Shown here one piece after another: positions 1 to 13,332 of a stretch of 64,000 nt of DNA. The notes below the pieces were generated by a model. The model was not told the DNA's origin and ran no database searches. It saw only the letters and a list, made by a program, of their open reading frames with translations. Every line of letters begins with the position of its first letter. Position 1 is the first letter of the stretch. The stretch is taken from assembly GCA_030390025.1 (NCBI GenBank), contig CM059431.1, positions 120,530,001 through 120,594,000 on the forward strand. Reading direction: 5' to 3'. The DNA comes from Squalus acanthias. Lineage: Eukaryota. The position numbers and the translations under genes were made by a program.

Positions 1-1473
1 GAGTGAACGTCTGGGGAATACGCCTGATCCGGGGTAGCCCTAAAGTGGCTAAGACTAGTAATTATCCCTTCAAATGTATGCCCAAGTCTACATTGGTATC
101 CTTTCTAGAGCTGAGTTCAATAAGAGTCTGCAAGCTGTTGTTCACAGCTAGAATGTTTTTGTTTGACTGGCGCATTAGCTGCTCCATGCAGGTGGCCATC
201 CTTTCCATGGAAGAGCACATCGTCACCACTTGATGGACCTGTGGGAGGGTAAAGACTTGAATTAGAACTCTTATGATAAGAATGTTTAACATTATCATTA
301 TGCACATCATGATATTTCACTGGGTGCTGACATCAGTCACCATGAGTGACTTTGTATGCCATGTGGCTGATTGATATTTAATTCTGCCACCAGGTTGCTA
401 GGAGGTCCCCCTCTCTCCATCTCCCACCGCCAGCAGCTCTGCCACTCCACTTAATTCCAGTGCCTCCTCCTCTGATGGCGTCAATGTAGTGTAAATTGGA
501 GGCCACCTCCAGTTTTCAGTCCCTCCCTGTTGTTCTGTGCTCTCTTCTCCGGCAAGGAGAGAAAAAAGAGAACTTTGAGTGAGAGTGGTGGAATGAGTAT
601 AAGGGATGGATGGGTTCCATCTGTAGAAGGTGACTATGAGGGAGTGGCATGACATTGCCAAATGGCCTCCTTCTGTGGCGTTACTTTCTATGATTGCATT
701 AGGCTTAGAGTGAGTGTCAGTGGTGGATAGTCATATGTGAGTAGGTGCATAGACAGTGAGGGATGGGTGCACCTGCAAGGTATGTTGGTTTGAGGAGTAT
801 TGTGCAGGAGTAGGAATTTGGGAAGATAGAGTGATGGAGTTGGGGTGACATGCACATCAGGATGTAGTTGAATGTGGCATTGTACTCACCTTTCTTGACC
901 TCATGAGGTCATTAAATCTCTTCCTGCATTGAATCCAGGAGCAGCTGACAACACCCCCACTGTTCACTTCTTGGGTGATCTCCAGCCATGCCCTCTTGGT
1001 TTCAGTGGCTGGTCTCTTCCTGCCGTCACCTGGGAAGAAGACCTCCTTCCTTGCTCTCATTCCCTGGAGCAGAATGTCCAGGGAGAATCTGAAAACCTGG
1101 GCGCAGTCTTCTGGCACTGAAACTGCATTGTTGTCTCTAAAGGATTATCCCTCACAGTCAAAGTCAAATTCTGGCTGTAACACCAACAGACACCTCTTAC
1201 AATGACCTCTAGACTACCCCCAACAACCTTCAACTCTCATCTGTCCACTGCCCCTTTAAATAGGTAAGCTGAAGTTGAGTCATCCGTGACATCACCAGAC
1301 CGGCTCCATTTAATTGGTCGGGAAACCCGCATGACTAAGTCAAGTGATTTCATTAAGTTAAACATGCAGTGCAGAGCGCGCTGATGGACTATTCGTGATG
1401 GCGACCCGCTACGAGGCACCACCCCCGCCCATCCCCCTAGCACCCCAACCCACTCAAAGGTAAAAATTCAGCC
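1..1473 (-). mobile_element. PIF/Harbinger transposon remnant (runs off window start) carrying a decayed Myb/SANT partner gene
   Basis: TIR-like end AAAATTCAGCC at 1463-1473; Myb/SANT-like coding segments inside. Confidence 0.65.
398..1117 (-). pseudogene. Harbinger-type Myb/SANT-like DNA-binding protein (NAIF1/MSANTD-like), two exons, decayed
   Basis: Exon 1 (1117-890) reads RFSLDILLQGMRARKEVFF..KRAWLEITQEVNS..SWIQCRKRFNDL and is followed by donor GTGAGT at 889. Exon 2 from 549 reads EKRAQNNREGLKTGGG/LTPSEEEALELSG, with a mutated acceptor (CG) and a frameshift. Confidence 0.7.
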
Positions 1474-2711
1474 ATGGCTTTTTCAATTTTATCAGCTTCT
1501 GATACCATGGCAATTTTGAAAGTCAAGGTTGCAGAGATTTCCCTTGCGCTCTCCATTGCTAAGAGCACAAATGCAAAAATTATATTGTTTGCTGTTATTC
1601 CCATATGGTCTGAAAATTTTGATGGGTGGAAAAGGGATGGGGATGTGATGTAATCTGATCATGTTTCAACATCCACCTTCACCCAAATTCAGCACTATTA
1701 GACCAAGAGAAAACATGTGGGGCACTTTTAATTCTAAGTTAAATTGCGTCACATACTATTTCTAAATCTGATAAAATTGTAGGACATTACGGAACTAATA
1801 TTAACCTGATATAGACCAGCTATCTGTGAAGGTTTAGAAAGTGGGAACCTGAGAACAGAGAAGCCAGAAACTTACAGAAAGTTCCCTTTTACTTTTCCAT
1901 TATACATGTAATGTTCATTCGTTTACAAACTATTTGATAAATACACTGTGCGTAATCTACATATAGACTGGGCAAACCAAATTTGCAGTATTAGTGTGGA
2001 GGACAAATTCATGGAATGTATGCAAGATAGTTTTCTAGATCAGTATGTTGAGGAACCAACTAGGGAACAGGCTATTTTAGATCTAGTATTGTGCAATGAG
2101 AAAGGGTTAATTAATAACCTTGTAGTAAAGGGGCCTTTAGGGAAGAGTAACCATAATATGATAGAATATTATATTGAGTTTGAAAGTGATTTAGTTAAAT
2201 CCGAAACTAGGGTCTTAAATCTAAACAAAGCAAACGGCATAGGTATGAGGGGCGAGTTGGCTGAGGTAGATTGGGAAACTACATTAAAGGTATGATGGTA
2301 GACAAGCAATGGCTAGCATTTAAAGAAATAATACATAATTTACAACAAATATACATTCCTTTAAGGCACAAAAGCCCCACAGGAAATGTGGTCCAACTGT
2401 TGCTGACAAGAGAAGTTAAAGATAGTATTAGATCAAAGGAAGAGGCTTATAATATGACCAAAAAGAATAGTAAGACTGAGGAATGGGAGGATTTTAGAAT
2501 TCAGCAAAAGAGGACCAAGAAACTGATAAAGAAAGGGAAAATAGAATATGAGAGTAAACTAGCTAGACACATAAAAACAGACTGTGAAAGCTTCTATAGG
2601 TATGTAAAAAGGAAAAGATTAGCGAAAGTAAATGTGGGTCCCTTACAGGCTGAGACAGGAGAAATTATAATGGGGAATAAGGAAATGGCCGAGAAATTAA
2701 ACAAATAGTTT

Positions 2712-5181
2712 GGCCGTGATTTTATCATCATTGTCGGGATGGTGGCAGTTTCCGGGTTCCAGTCATGATCTTGGCTGCAGCCGCTCTATCAAATAGATTT
2801 TCCCTTGATTGGCCTTGTTAAGCCCGCCCTGTGGGCTTCCCGGCCAATTAACAGGAGGGGGGTCTGATGATGTCATTTGATGATGCGTTATCAGCCAGTT
2901 TCCTTAAAGGGACCACGGCCACATTGAGTTTGACAGTTGTTCTGTCAGTGTTTGACAGCATTGAGGTGCTGCAAACACTGACAAGCACTGTACAAAGGTG
3001 GACGCTTGTACCCAGGCTCTCAAATGACTCCCTCCATATGCTAATGCAGGGAGTCACAGCACGTAGGGAGGTTCTCTTCCCTTCCAAGGGTGGAGGAGAC
3101 CTCCCCAGGACACCAACGCAGCCTGGTTGCACATTGCACAGGAGTGCAAAAGCAGGGATGTCATCAGGCATCCCTGGCTGCAGCAGCACCAACCTTTCAA
3201 TGATCTCAGTAGATCACAGAATGTTACTGCAAAGCCACACTCAAACTCACCCTGCTTTGCCACTCAACACATCCCCATCACTCAGCCTTCCATACCCTTT
3301 TCCTGCACATCCTTACTCACACCAACTTACCTTGCACCTCCACCCAACCCTCTCTATCTACCTCATAACAAAGACCGCCTACTTCCACCTCCGTAACATC
3401 GCCCGTCTCTGTCTTTGCCTCAGCTCATCCATGCCTTTGTTACCTCTAGACTTGACTATTCCAACGCACTCCTGGCTGGTCTCCCACATTCCACCCTACA
3501 TAAACTTGAGGTCATCCAAAACTCGGCTGCCCGTGTCCTAACATGAACCAAGACCCGTTCGCCCATCACCCCTGTATTCGCTGAACTACATTGGCTCCCG
3601 GTTAAGCAGTGCTTCGATTTCAAAATTCTCATCCTTATTTTCAAATCCCTCCATGGCTTCGGCCCTTCCTATCTCTGTAATCTCCTTCAGTCCCACAACC
3701 CCCCGAGATATCTGCACTCCTCTAATTCTGCCATCTTGAGCATCCCTGATTATAATCGCTAAACCTTTGGTGACCGTGCCTTCTGTTGCCTAGGCCCTAA
3801 GCCCTGGAATTCCCTGCCTAAACCGATCCGCCTCACTACCTCTCTTTCCTCCTTTAAGACACTTCTTAAAACCTACCACTTTGACCAAGCTTTTGGTCAT
3901 CTGCCCTAATTTATCCTTATGTGGATTGGTGTCAAATTTTTTGTCTTCAAAGACTCCTGTGCAGTGCCTTGGGACGTTTTATTATATTAAAGGCGCTATA
4001 TAAATACAAGTTGTTGTTGTTGTTATCACTTCCCCATCTCACTAGCCATCCCTCACACTCACCCTCATCCTAATGCAAGCATAACAACTAACAACACACA
4101 AGGGTAGGCACTTGAGAGGTTTAGCCAATGTCCATGTGAAGTTTCTGGTAATGTGTTGTCATACAGTGAAATCTATTTTTCCAACACTGCCCCTTATTGA
4201 ACAGATCTGAGCGCACCTTGAAACGTGTCTTACTGAGTTCCAGTGAATGTTGAGACAAAACTCCCCACCCCCCACCGATCCCCCCCCCCCGCCCCGCCCA
4301 CTGCTATAGTGATGAGTGCGCATGGAATGGCTTGGACATTAAAGGGATGCTTCACGCTGCTGGTGTGGGATGGTGTCAACCTGGCGCATCATGTGGCAGC
4401 CAGGGTTAACAGCGTCAAGTGAAGCAAATCTGGCCATGGTGATGCCGTCGCTGGACTCCCAGCCAGCAATGTTGTCAGGGGCTGATGCCCTGTGTCCTGT
4501 GCAGCATCAGGTGATGGCGGAGAAGGCTGGTGATGTTGTTGGTGATGATGGTGTGCCTGGTGATGCTGGTGTTGGGGCTGATCATGGAAGGATTCAGAGG
4601 ACCAAAGTATGATCTTTTCAAGGGCACTGATGTAGCTGCCATAGATGTCAGCTGCAGGTGAGATGACAGAAGCGATCTGTCAATGGTGAGAGAGGTTGTT
4701 CCAATGAGGTGGCACTGGACATACAGTTGGCTCTAAACACTTGCAAGCTAAAGAAATCTCTATATGTATTACAAATGCAGTAACCAACATTTGCTGCACT
4801 CTGAAACTGACCATCTGTAACATGGCATCCTTTACACCACTTCTGCAGCTGTCAGCTTATCAGAAACATCAGAGCAGACTCAACTCACGGCAGCTTGAGC
4901 TGGCGTGTTCCCCGAGCAGCAGGTAACCCATGGGGGAACAAGTAAAATGGGAAGGAAGCATCAAAATAGTATTAAATTGGCTCTTAACAAGCCATTTAAT
5001 TAGCTTAATTGTATCCCCCCTTGCTTGGTGTCGGGTCAGTTCTCCGCTGACAGACCCGACACCTGGGAGACTCACGTGGAGGCGGGTTGACAGCGGGTTT
5101 CCTAACCGTTGTCAATCTTTGCTATTTTGACAGCAGACCCGCCTCCAAACCCGCCCTATGAGCACTGGCAAATTTGTGGCC
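2712..5181 (+). mobile_element. Non-autonomous PIF/Harbinger element with Myb/SANT fragment (copy 1)
   Basis: TIRs GGCCGTGATTTT / AAATTTGTGGCC; 3-bp TSD TTT (2709-2711, 5182-5184); removing it rejoins the CR1 ORF. Myb-like PRLSNDSLHMLMQGVTARREVLFP..AWLHIAQE..FNDL at about 3000-3210. Confidence 0.85.
3362..4024 (+). mobile_element. L2-type LINE 3' fragment nested in Harbinger copy 1
   Basis: [25 protein letters not shown] C-terminus; tail AAAGGCGCTATATAAATACAAG(TTG)n; similar to 63010-63455. Confidence 0.8.
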
Positions 5182-6884
5182 TTTGTGTCTGTCTTCACGG
5201 AAGAAGACGCAAAAAACTTCCCGGAAATAGTTGAGAACCAAGGTTCTAGCGAGAATGAGGAACTGAAAGCAATTAGTATTAGTAAAAAAATAGTACTGGT
5301 AAAATTAATGGGACTGAAAGCCAATAAATCCTCTGGACCTGATGGCCTACATCCTCGGGTTTTGAAAGAGTTGGCTATAGAGATAGTGGATGCATTGGTT
5401 GTCATTTTCCAAAATTCCATAGATTCTAGAACGGTTCCCGCGGATTGGAAGGTAGCAAATGTAACCCCACTATTTAAGAAAGGAGGGAGAGAGAAAACGG
5501 GGAACTATAAACCAGTTAGACTGACATCAGTAGTAGGAAAAATGCTACAATCTATTATTAAGGAAGTGGTAACAGGGCACTTAGAAAATAATAATAGGAT
5601 TGGGAAAATCAACACGGATTTATGAAAGGGAAATCATGTTTGACAAATCTGTTAGAATTTTTTGTAGTTGTAACTAGCAGAATAGATCAGGGGGAACCAG
5701 TGGATGTGATGTATTTGGATTTTCAGAAGGCATTTGATAAGGTGCCACACAAGAGGTTATTAAACAAAATTAGGGCTCATGAGATTGGGGGTAATGTACT
5801 AGGATGGATTGAGGATTGGTTAATGGACAGAAAACGGAGAGTAGGAATGAATGGGTCATTTTCGGGTTGGCAGGCTGTAACTAGTGGACTGCCGCAAGGA
5901 TCAGTGCTTGGGCCTCAGCTATTCACAATCTACATCAATTATTTGAATGAGGGGACCAAATGTAATATATCCAAGTTTGCTGATGATACAAAGGTGGTTG
6001 GGAATGTAAGTTGTGAGGAGGATGCAAGGAGGCTTCAAGGGGATATAGACAGGCTAAGTGAGTGGGTAAGAACACGGCAAATAGAACATAATGGGGAGAA
6101 ATGTGAAGTAGGAAAAATAGAAAAGCAGAGTATTTTTTAAATGGTGAGAGATTGGGAAATGTTGGTGTTCAGAGGGACCTGAGTGTCCTTGTACATGAAA
6201 CACTGAAAGTTAACATGCAGGTATAGTAAGCAATTAGGAAAGCAAACGGTATGTTGGCCTTTATTACAAGAGGATTTGAGTATAAGAGTAACGACGTCTT
6301 ACTGCAATTATATAGGGCCCTGGTGAGACCACACCTGGAGTTTTGTGTACAGTTTTGGTCTCCTTACCTAAGGAAGAATATACTTGCTATAGAGGGAGTG
6401 CAACGAATGTTCACCAGACTGGTTCCTGGGATGGGGGGATTGTCCTATGAGGAGAGATTGAGTAGACTAGGCCTATATTCTCTAGAGTTTAGAAGAATGA
6501 GCGGTGATCTCTTTGAAACATATACAATTCTTACAGGGCTTGACAGGGTAGATGCAGGGAGGATGTTTCCCCTGGCTGGGAAGTCCAGAACCAGGTGTCA
6601 CAGTCTCAGTATAAGGGGTTGGCCATTTAGGACTGAGATGAGGAGAAATTTCTTCACTCAGAGGGTGGTGAATCATTGGAATTCTCTACCCCAGAGGGCT
6701 GTGGAGGCTCAGTCCTAGAGTATATTCAAGACAGAGATTGATAAACTTTTGAATATTAAGGGAATCAAGGGATATGGGGATAGTGCAGGAAAGTGGAGAT
6801 TAGGTAGAACATCAGCCATGATCTTATTGAATGGCGGAGCAGGCTCGAAGGGCCAAATGGCCTACTGCTGCTCCTAATTCTTAT

Positions 6885-9800
6885 AGAGTCATAGAGTTAT
6901 ACAGCACTGAAAGAGGCCCTTCGGCCCATCGTGTCTGCGCTGGCCATCAAGCCCTATCTATTCTAATCCCATTGGTCCGTAGCCTTGTATGCTATGGCAT
7001 TTCAAGTGCTCATCTAAATGCTTCTTGAATGTTGTGAGGGTTCCTGCATCTACCACCTTTTCAGGCAGTGAGTTCCAGATTCCAACCACCTTCTGGGTGA
7101 AAAAGATTTTCCTCAAATCCCCTCTAAACCTCCTGCCCCTTACCTTGAAACTATGCCACCTGGTTATTGACCCCTCTACTAAGGGGAAAAGTTCATTTCT
7201 ATCTACCCTATCTATGTCCCTCATAATTTTGTACACATCAATCAGGTCCCCCCTCAGCCTTCTCTGCTCTAAGGAAAACAACCCCAGCCTGCCCAGTCTC
7301 TCTTCATAGCTGAATCGCTCCAGACCAGGTAACATCCTGGTGAATCTCCTCTGCACCCTTTCAAATGCAATCACATCCTTCCTATAGTGTGGCGACCAGA
7401 ACTGCACACAATATTCCAGCTGTGGCCTAACTAGCATTTTGTACAGCTCCATCATAACCTCCCTGCTCTTATATTCTATGCCTCGGCTAATGAAGGCATG
7501 TATCCCATATGCCTTCTTAACCACCTTATCTACCTGTCCTGCTGCCTTCAGGGATCTATGTACATGCACATCAAGGTCCCTCTGATCCTCTGTCCTTTCT
7601 AGGTTCCTACCATTCATTGTGTATTCCCTTGCCTTGTTAGTCCTCCCAAAATGCATCACCTCACATTTTTCAGGGTTAAATTCCATTTGCCACTGTTCTG
7701 CCCATCTGACCAACCCGTCTATATCGTCCTGTAGCCTGAGGCTTCCCTCCTCACTATTTACCACTCCACCAATTTTCATGTCATCTGCGAACTTACTGAT
7801 CATACCTCCTACATTCATATCTAAATCATTAATGTACACTACAAACAGCAAAGGACCCAGCACCGATCCCTGCGGTACACCACTGGACACAGGCTTCCAG
7901 TCACAAAAACAACCTTCGACCATCACCGTCTGCCTCCTGTCACTAAGCCAATTTTGGATCCAATGTGCCAAATTGCCCTGGATCCCATGGGCTCTTACCT
8001 TCTTGACCAGTCTCCCATGCGGGACTTTGTCAAAAGCCTTACTGAAGTCCATGTAGACTACATCAACTGCACTACCCTCATCCACACACCTCGTCACCCC
8101 CTTGAAAAATGCAATCAAATTGGTCAGACATGATCTCCTCCTGACAAAGCCATGCTGACTATCCTTGATTAATCCTTGCCTCTCCAAGTGGAGACTAATT
8201 CTGTTCCTCAGAATTTTTTCCAATAATTTCCCTACCACTGATGTTAGGCTCACTGGCCTGTAATTCCCTGGTTTATCCCTACTACCCTTCTTGAATAATG
8301 GTACTACGTTGGCTGTCCTCCAGTCCTCTGGCACCTCCCCTGTGACCGGAGAGGTTCTGAAAATTTGTGTCAGAGCCCCTGGTAATCTCCTCCCTTGCCT
8401 CACACAGCAGCCTGGGATACATCTCGTCTGGGCCTGGGGATTTATCCACTTTTAAGCCCGCTAAAACCGTTAGTACCTCCTCCCTCTCAATACTAATTTG
8501 TTCAAGTAAATCACATTCCCCCTGCCTGATTTCTATGCCTACATCGTCCTTCTCCATAGTGAACACGGATGCAAAATATTCATTTAAAACCTCATCTACA
8601 TCTTCTGGCTCTACACACAGATTGCCACTTTGGTCCCTAATGGGCCCTACTCTTTCCATGGTTATCCTCTTGCCCTTAATATACTTATAAAACACCTTGG
8701 GATTTTCCTTTATTTTGCCCACCAGTGTTTTTTCATGCCCCCTCTTCGCTCTCCTAATTTCTTTTTAAGTACCCCCCTGCACTTTCTATACTCCTCTAGG
8801 GCTTCCACTGTCTTTAGTCCTTTGTATCGGCCAAAAGCCTACCTTTTTTTCCTAATCCATTCTTGTATATCCATTAACATCCAGGGTTCCCTGGACTTGT
8901 TGGTCCCACCCTTGACCTTTACAGGAACATGTTGGCGCTGTACTCTCTCTATTTCCTTTCTGAATGACTCCCACTGCTCTGATGTGGATTTTCCTACAAG
9001 TAGCCGATCCCAGTCCACTTTGGCCAGATCCTGCCTTATCGTACTAAAATCTGCCTTCCCCCAATTTAGAACTTTATTTCCGGTCCATCTTATTCCTTTT
9101 CCATGACTACATTAAATCTCACCGAATTATGGTCACTGTCACCAAAATGCTTTCCAACTGACACTTCTACCACTTGCCTGGCTACATTCCCTAGAATTCG
9201 GTCCAGTACCGCCCCCTCTCTTGTAGGACTTTCTACATGCTGGCTCAAAAAGCTCTCCTGGATGCACTTTAAGAATTCCACACCCTCTAAGCCTTTCACA
9301 CTCTGACTATCCCAATTAATATTGGGGAAGTTGAAATCCCCTACTATTATTATCCTATTATTTCTACACTTCTCTGAAATTTGCCGACATATCTATTCCT
9401 CTATCTCCCCCTGACTGTTTGGGGGCCTATAGTACACTCCCAGCAAAGTGCTTGCCCCACTTTTGTTTTTAAGTTCTACCCATATGGCCTCATTAGAGGA
9501 AGCTGCTAAGATATCATCCCTCTTTACTACAGTAATTGACTCCTTGATTAATATTGCGACACCCCCTCCTCTTTTAAACCACCCCCCCCCCCTCTGTTTC
9601 GCCTGAAGATTCTATACCCCGGAATATTGAGCTGCCAGTCCTGCCCCTCCCTCAACCATGACTCTGTGATAGCAACAATATCATTATCCCATGTGTTCAT
9701 CAACACCTTCAATTCATTTGCCTTACTCATAAGATTCCTTGCATTAAAATAAATGCAATCCAGCCTTGTCATACTCCCTTGTGCCGTTACATATTTGCTC

Positions 9801-10097
9801 TGCCTTCCAGACTGACTTGTTTTTTCCTCTATATTTGGCTGTGCATCACCCCCTACTATAGCTCCATTCCGTATCCCATCCCCCTGCCAAGTTAGTTTAA
9901 ACCCCCCCAACAGCACTAGCAAACCTCCCTGCAAGGATGTTGGTCCCGTTCCGGTTCAGGTGGAACCCATCCGACTTGTACAGGTACCACCTTCCCCAGA
10001 AACAGACCCAGTGATCCAGGAGACTAAAGCCCTCCCTCCTGCACCAACTCTTTAGCCATGCATTCATCTGCTCTATCCTCCTATTCCTATACTCACT
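6885..10097 (-). mobile_element. CR1 LINE (ORF1 end, APE and RT), inserted into the tail of the preceding CR1
   Basis: 481-aa open RT frame at 6958-8403; APE motifs CIYFNARNL, IVAITESWL and GDSDHN; the upstream CR1 tail resumes as ATGTTCTT at about 10098. Confidence 0.95.
6958..8403 (-). CDS. CR1 ORF2 reverse transcriptase domain (open frame; frameshifted upstream, not a full ORF2)
   Basis: NYRPVSLTSVVGK, YMDFSKAFDKVPH, PQGSVLGP, KFADD and [10 protein letters not shown] motifs. Confidence 0.85.
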   Translation of the reverse strand: MRQGRRLPGALTQIFRTSPVTGEVPEDWRTANVVPLFKKGSRDKPGNYRPVSLTSVVGKLLEKILRNRISLHLERQGLIKDSQHGFVRRRSCLTNLIAFFKGVTRCVDEGSAVDVVYMDFSKAFDKVPHGRLVKKVRAHGIQGNLAHWIQNWLSDRRQTVMVEGCFCDWKPVSSGVPQGSVLGPLLFVVYINDLDMNVGGMISKFADDMKIGGVVNSEEGSLRLQDDIDGLVRWAEQWQMEFNPEKCEVMHFGRTNKAREYTMNGRNLERTEDQRDLDVHVHRSLKAAGQVDKVVKKAYGIHAFISRGIEYKSREVMMELYKMLVRPQLEYCVQFWSPHYRKDVIAFERVQRRFTRMLPGLERFSYEERLGRLGLFSLEQRRLRGDLIDVYKIMRDIDRVDRNELFPLVEGSITRWHSFKVRGRRFRGDLRKIFFTQKVVGIWNSLPEKVVDAGTLTTFKKHLDEHLKCHSIQGYGPMGLE

Positions 10098-10567
10098 ATG
10101 TTCTTACATATGTTTCATGAGTCAATAAACAGAGATTCGCATAATATGACTGATTTAATCAGAAGTGAAATCTTTCTTCTTCCACTCTGGTGGTCCCTCC
10201 CTTCAGGCTAGAGCATGATCTTTTGATCTTTATCTTTCCTTTCAGTTGGTTCTTGCCTCCAACCAGTCTTTCTCTTCCTTTATCAGTTTTACTTTAGGCT
10301 CTTGACAGGTTTGTGCTGTTTATTTGCTTCTGGCTCATGTGGCTGTCTTTTAATTTTTCACAAGTATTGTCTTTTAGATATATCTTCCCTTTCTTCTTGC
10401 CCCCTTTTCTTCTCCTATCTCCATCAGCTGGTTCTTATGCTATTTCTGATTGTTGGTTCTTCCTCTGGTTATTCTTTCAACACTCCTATGTTTTCTACGT
10501 CTGTGTGCTGCTTTCTCCTCTTGGTTTTATGGTTGCCCAGCTTTTGTCCTTTCTCCTGCACTTCATA

Positions 10568-11588
10568 TAACACAGAACATAGAACAGTACAGCACAGTAC
10601 AGGCCCTTCAGCCCTCGATGTTGTGCCGAGCATTGTCCGAAACCAAGATCAAGCTATCCCACTCCCTATCATTCTGGTGTGCTCCATGTGCTTATCCAAT
10701 AACCGCTTGAAAGTTCCTAAAGTGTCCGACTCCACTATCACAGCAGGCAGTCCATTCCACACCCCAACCACTCTCTGAGTAAAGAATCTACCTCGGACAT
10801 CCCTTCTATATCTCCCCCCATGCACCTTATAGTTATGCCCCCTTGTAACAGCTACCTCCACCCGAGGAAATAGTCTCTGAACATCCACTCTATCTATCCC
10901 CCTCATCATCTTATAAACTTCTATTAAGTCGCCTCTCATCCTCCTCCGCTCTAAAGAGAAAAGCCCTAACTCCCTCAATCTTTCCTCATAAGACCTCCCC
11001 CCCAAACCAGGCAGCATCCTGGTAAATCTGCTTTGCACTCTTTCCAATGCTTCCACGTCCTTCCTATAGTGAGGTGACCAGAACTGCACACAATATTCCA
11101 AATGTGGTCTCACCAAGGTCCTGTACAGTTGTAGCATAACCTCACGGTTCTTAAACTCAAACCCCTTGTTAATAAACGCTAACACACTATAGGCCTTCTT
11201 TACTGCTCTATCCACTTGAGTGGCAACCTTCAGAGATCTGTGGATATGAACCCTCAGATCCCTCAGTTCCTCCACGTTCCTCAGAACCCTGCCGTTGACC
11301 CTGTAATCCTTATTCAAATTTGCCCTACCAAAATGAATCACCTCGCACTTATCAGGGTTAAATTCCATCTGCCATTTTTCGGCCCAGCTCTGCATCCTAT
11401 CAATGTCTCTTTGCAGCTTACAACAGCCCTCCACCTCATCCACTACTCCACCAATCTTGGTGTCATCAGCAAATTTACTGATCCACCCTTCAGTCCCCTC
11501 CTCCAAGTCATTGATAAAAATCACAAACAGCAGAGGACCCAGCACCGACCCCTGTGGCACACCGCTGGTAACTGGTCTCCAGTCCGAA
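10568..11588 (-). mobile_element. CR1 LINE 3' fragment (5'-truncated within RT)
   Basis: 303-aa open frame [40 protein letters not shown] tail. Confidence 0.93.
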
Positions 11589-12276
11589 AATATATTTCCT
11601 AATTTCCTGTTGTTCCTTTTCAGCTCAGTTGACTAATGGAGATTTATGTTACTCATTGGTCTCTGTCTACACTGTATTCTTATATTGCTTTCCCCATTAG
11701 TTCTCTAATGACAAGCTTCTTTTACTCGGGTTGCGGTTTTATCATCGGTGTCGGGATGATGGCGGGAGAGCTGGTTTCCTGGTCCCAGTCACGATCCTGG
11801 CTGCAGCCGCTCTGTGAAAGGGATTTTCCCTTGATTGGCCTTGTTCAGTCCACCCTGCGGGCTTCCCGGCCAATTAACAGGAAGCGGGTCTGATGACATC
11901 ATTTGATGACGCGTCATCAGCCGGTTTCCTTAAAGGGACCACGGCCACATTGAGTTTGACAGTTGTTCTGTCAGTGTTTGACAGCATTGAGGTGCTGCAA
12001 ACACTGACATGCACTGCACAAAGGTGGACACTTGCACTCAGGCTCTCAAATGACTCCCTCCATATGCTTATGGAGGGAGTCACAGCGCGCAAGGAGGTCC
12101 TCTTCCCTTCCAAGGGAGGAAGAGACCTCCCCAGGACACTAACGCAGCCTGGTTGCACATCGCATAGGACCAAGGTCTGACATTTTCAAGATGCGGAGAT
12201 GCCGGCGTTGGACTGGGGTGGACAAAAATGAGAATTCGCACAACACCAGGTAATAGTCCAACAGATTTATTTAAAA

Positions 12277-12314
12277 TGACAAGCTTTCGGAGCTGTCGCC
12301 CCTTCCTCAGGTAA
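12277..12314 (-). ncRNA. Minimal type I hammerhead ribozyme (Penelope-associated)
   Basis: TTAC-CTGAGGA-A-GGGGC-GACA-GCTCC-GAAA-GC-TT-GTCA: CUGANGA/GAAA core, 5-bp stem II, palindromic AAGCTT stem III; one stem I mismatch. Confidence 0.75.
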
Positions 12315-13294
12315 AGTTACAATGAGTGAATCTACAATATTTCACAGTATATAAACACAGAAACTACAGAGATACAATCTTTCAGGGAAGGTGTCTTTAC
12401 ATCAAAGACACACCAAGAGCACAGCCAAGACAATGAGACGTGTCACAGGGGGTCCAACGTGTCAAATCCTGCTGTCTGCAGTTGTTTTTTTTGTGGGTTT
12501 TTTTGTGTTTGTGTTTTTTGTGTTTTTTTTTAAAACTGGAAAGACAGACAATGATGTCGAGTCACGTTGTGTAGCGTGACATGAACCCGATATCCCTATT
12601 GAGGCCGTCCTCATGGGTGCTGAACTTGGCTATCAGTTTCTGCTTGATGATTTTGCGTTGTCGTGTGTCTCGAAGGCCGCCTTGGAGAACGCTAACCTGC
12701 AGATCCGAGGCTGAATGCCCTTGACTGCTGAAGTGTTCCCCGACTGGGAGGTGACAATCCTGCCTGGCGATTGTTGCGCGGTGTCCGTTCATACGTTGTA
12801 TGAATGGGCACCGCATATGAATGGGCACCGCGCAACAATCGCCAGGCAGGATTGTCACCTCCCAGTCGGGGAACACTTCAGCAGTCAAGGACATTCAGCC
12901 TCGGATCTGCAGGTTAGCGTTCTCCAAGGCGGCCTTCGAGACACACGACAACGCAAAATCATTGAGCAGAAACTGATAGCCAAGTTCAGCACCCATGAGG
13001 ATGGCCTCAATAGGGATATCGGGTTCATGTCACGCTACAGAACGTGACTCGACATCGTTGTCTGTCTGTCCAGTTTTTAAAAAGAAAACACATTAAAAAC
13101 CCCACAAAAAAACCACAAAAAAAAACAACTGCAGACAGCAGGATTTGACACGTTGGACCCCCTGTGACAATCTTATTGTCTTGGCTGTGCTCTTGGTGTG
13201 TCTTTGATGTAAGGACACCTTCCCTGAAATATTGTATCTCTGCAGTTTCTGTGTTTATATACTGTGAAATATTGTAGATTCACTCATTGTAACT

Positions 13295-13332
13295 TTACCT
13301 GAGGAAGGGGCGACAGCTCCGAAATCTTGTAA
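13295..13332 (+). ncRNA. Minimal type I hammerhead ribozyme (Penelope-associated; stem III palindrome mutated)
   Basis: TTAC-CTGAGGA-A-GGGGC-GACA-GCTCC-GAAA-TC-TT-GTAA; stem I TTAC/GTAA is intact. Confidence 0.7.

Larger units (their letters stand above)
1948..6884 (+). mobile_element. CR1 LINE, 5'-truncated ORF2 (APE C-terminus + RT), split by a Harbinger insertion at 2712-5181
   Basis: PTREQAILDLVL, YLDFQKAFDKVPH, PQGSVLGP, KFADD and LVRPHLEFCVQFWSP motifs, with frameshifts and stops. CR1 3' tail CCTACTGCTGCTCCTAATTCTTAT. Confidence 0.95.

Noticed and set aside
2867..3541. 224-aa ORF as a chimeric gene
   Set aside because: Chance read-through from a frameshifted Myb fragment into a nested L2 fragment.
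6989..9106. Several long + strand ORFs
   Set aside because: Antisense shadows of CR1 ORF2.
10302..10778. Hydrophobic membrane-protein-like + strand ORFs (also 19881-20190)
   Set aside because: Produced by pyrimidine-rich composition; the first also reads into a CR1 tail.
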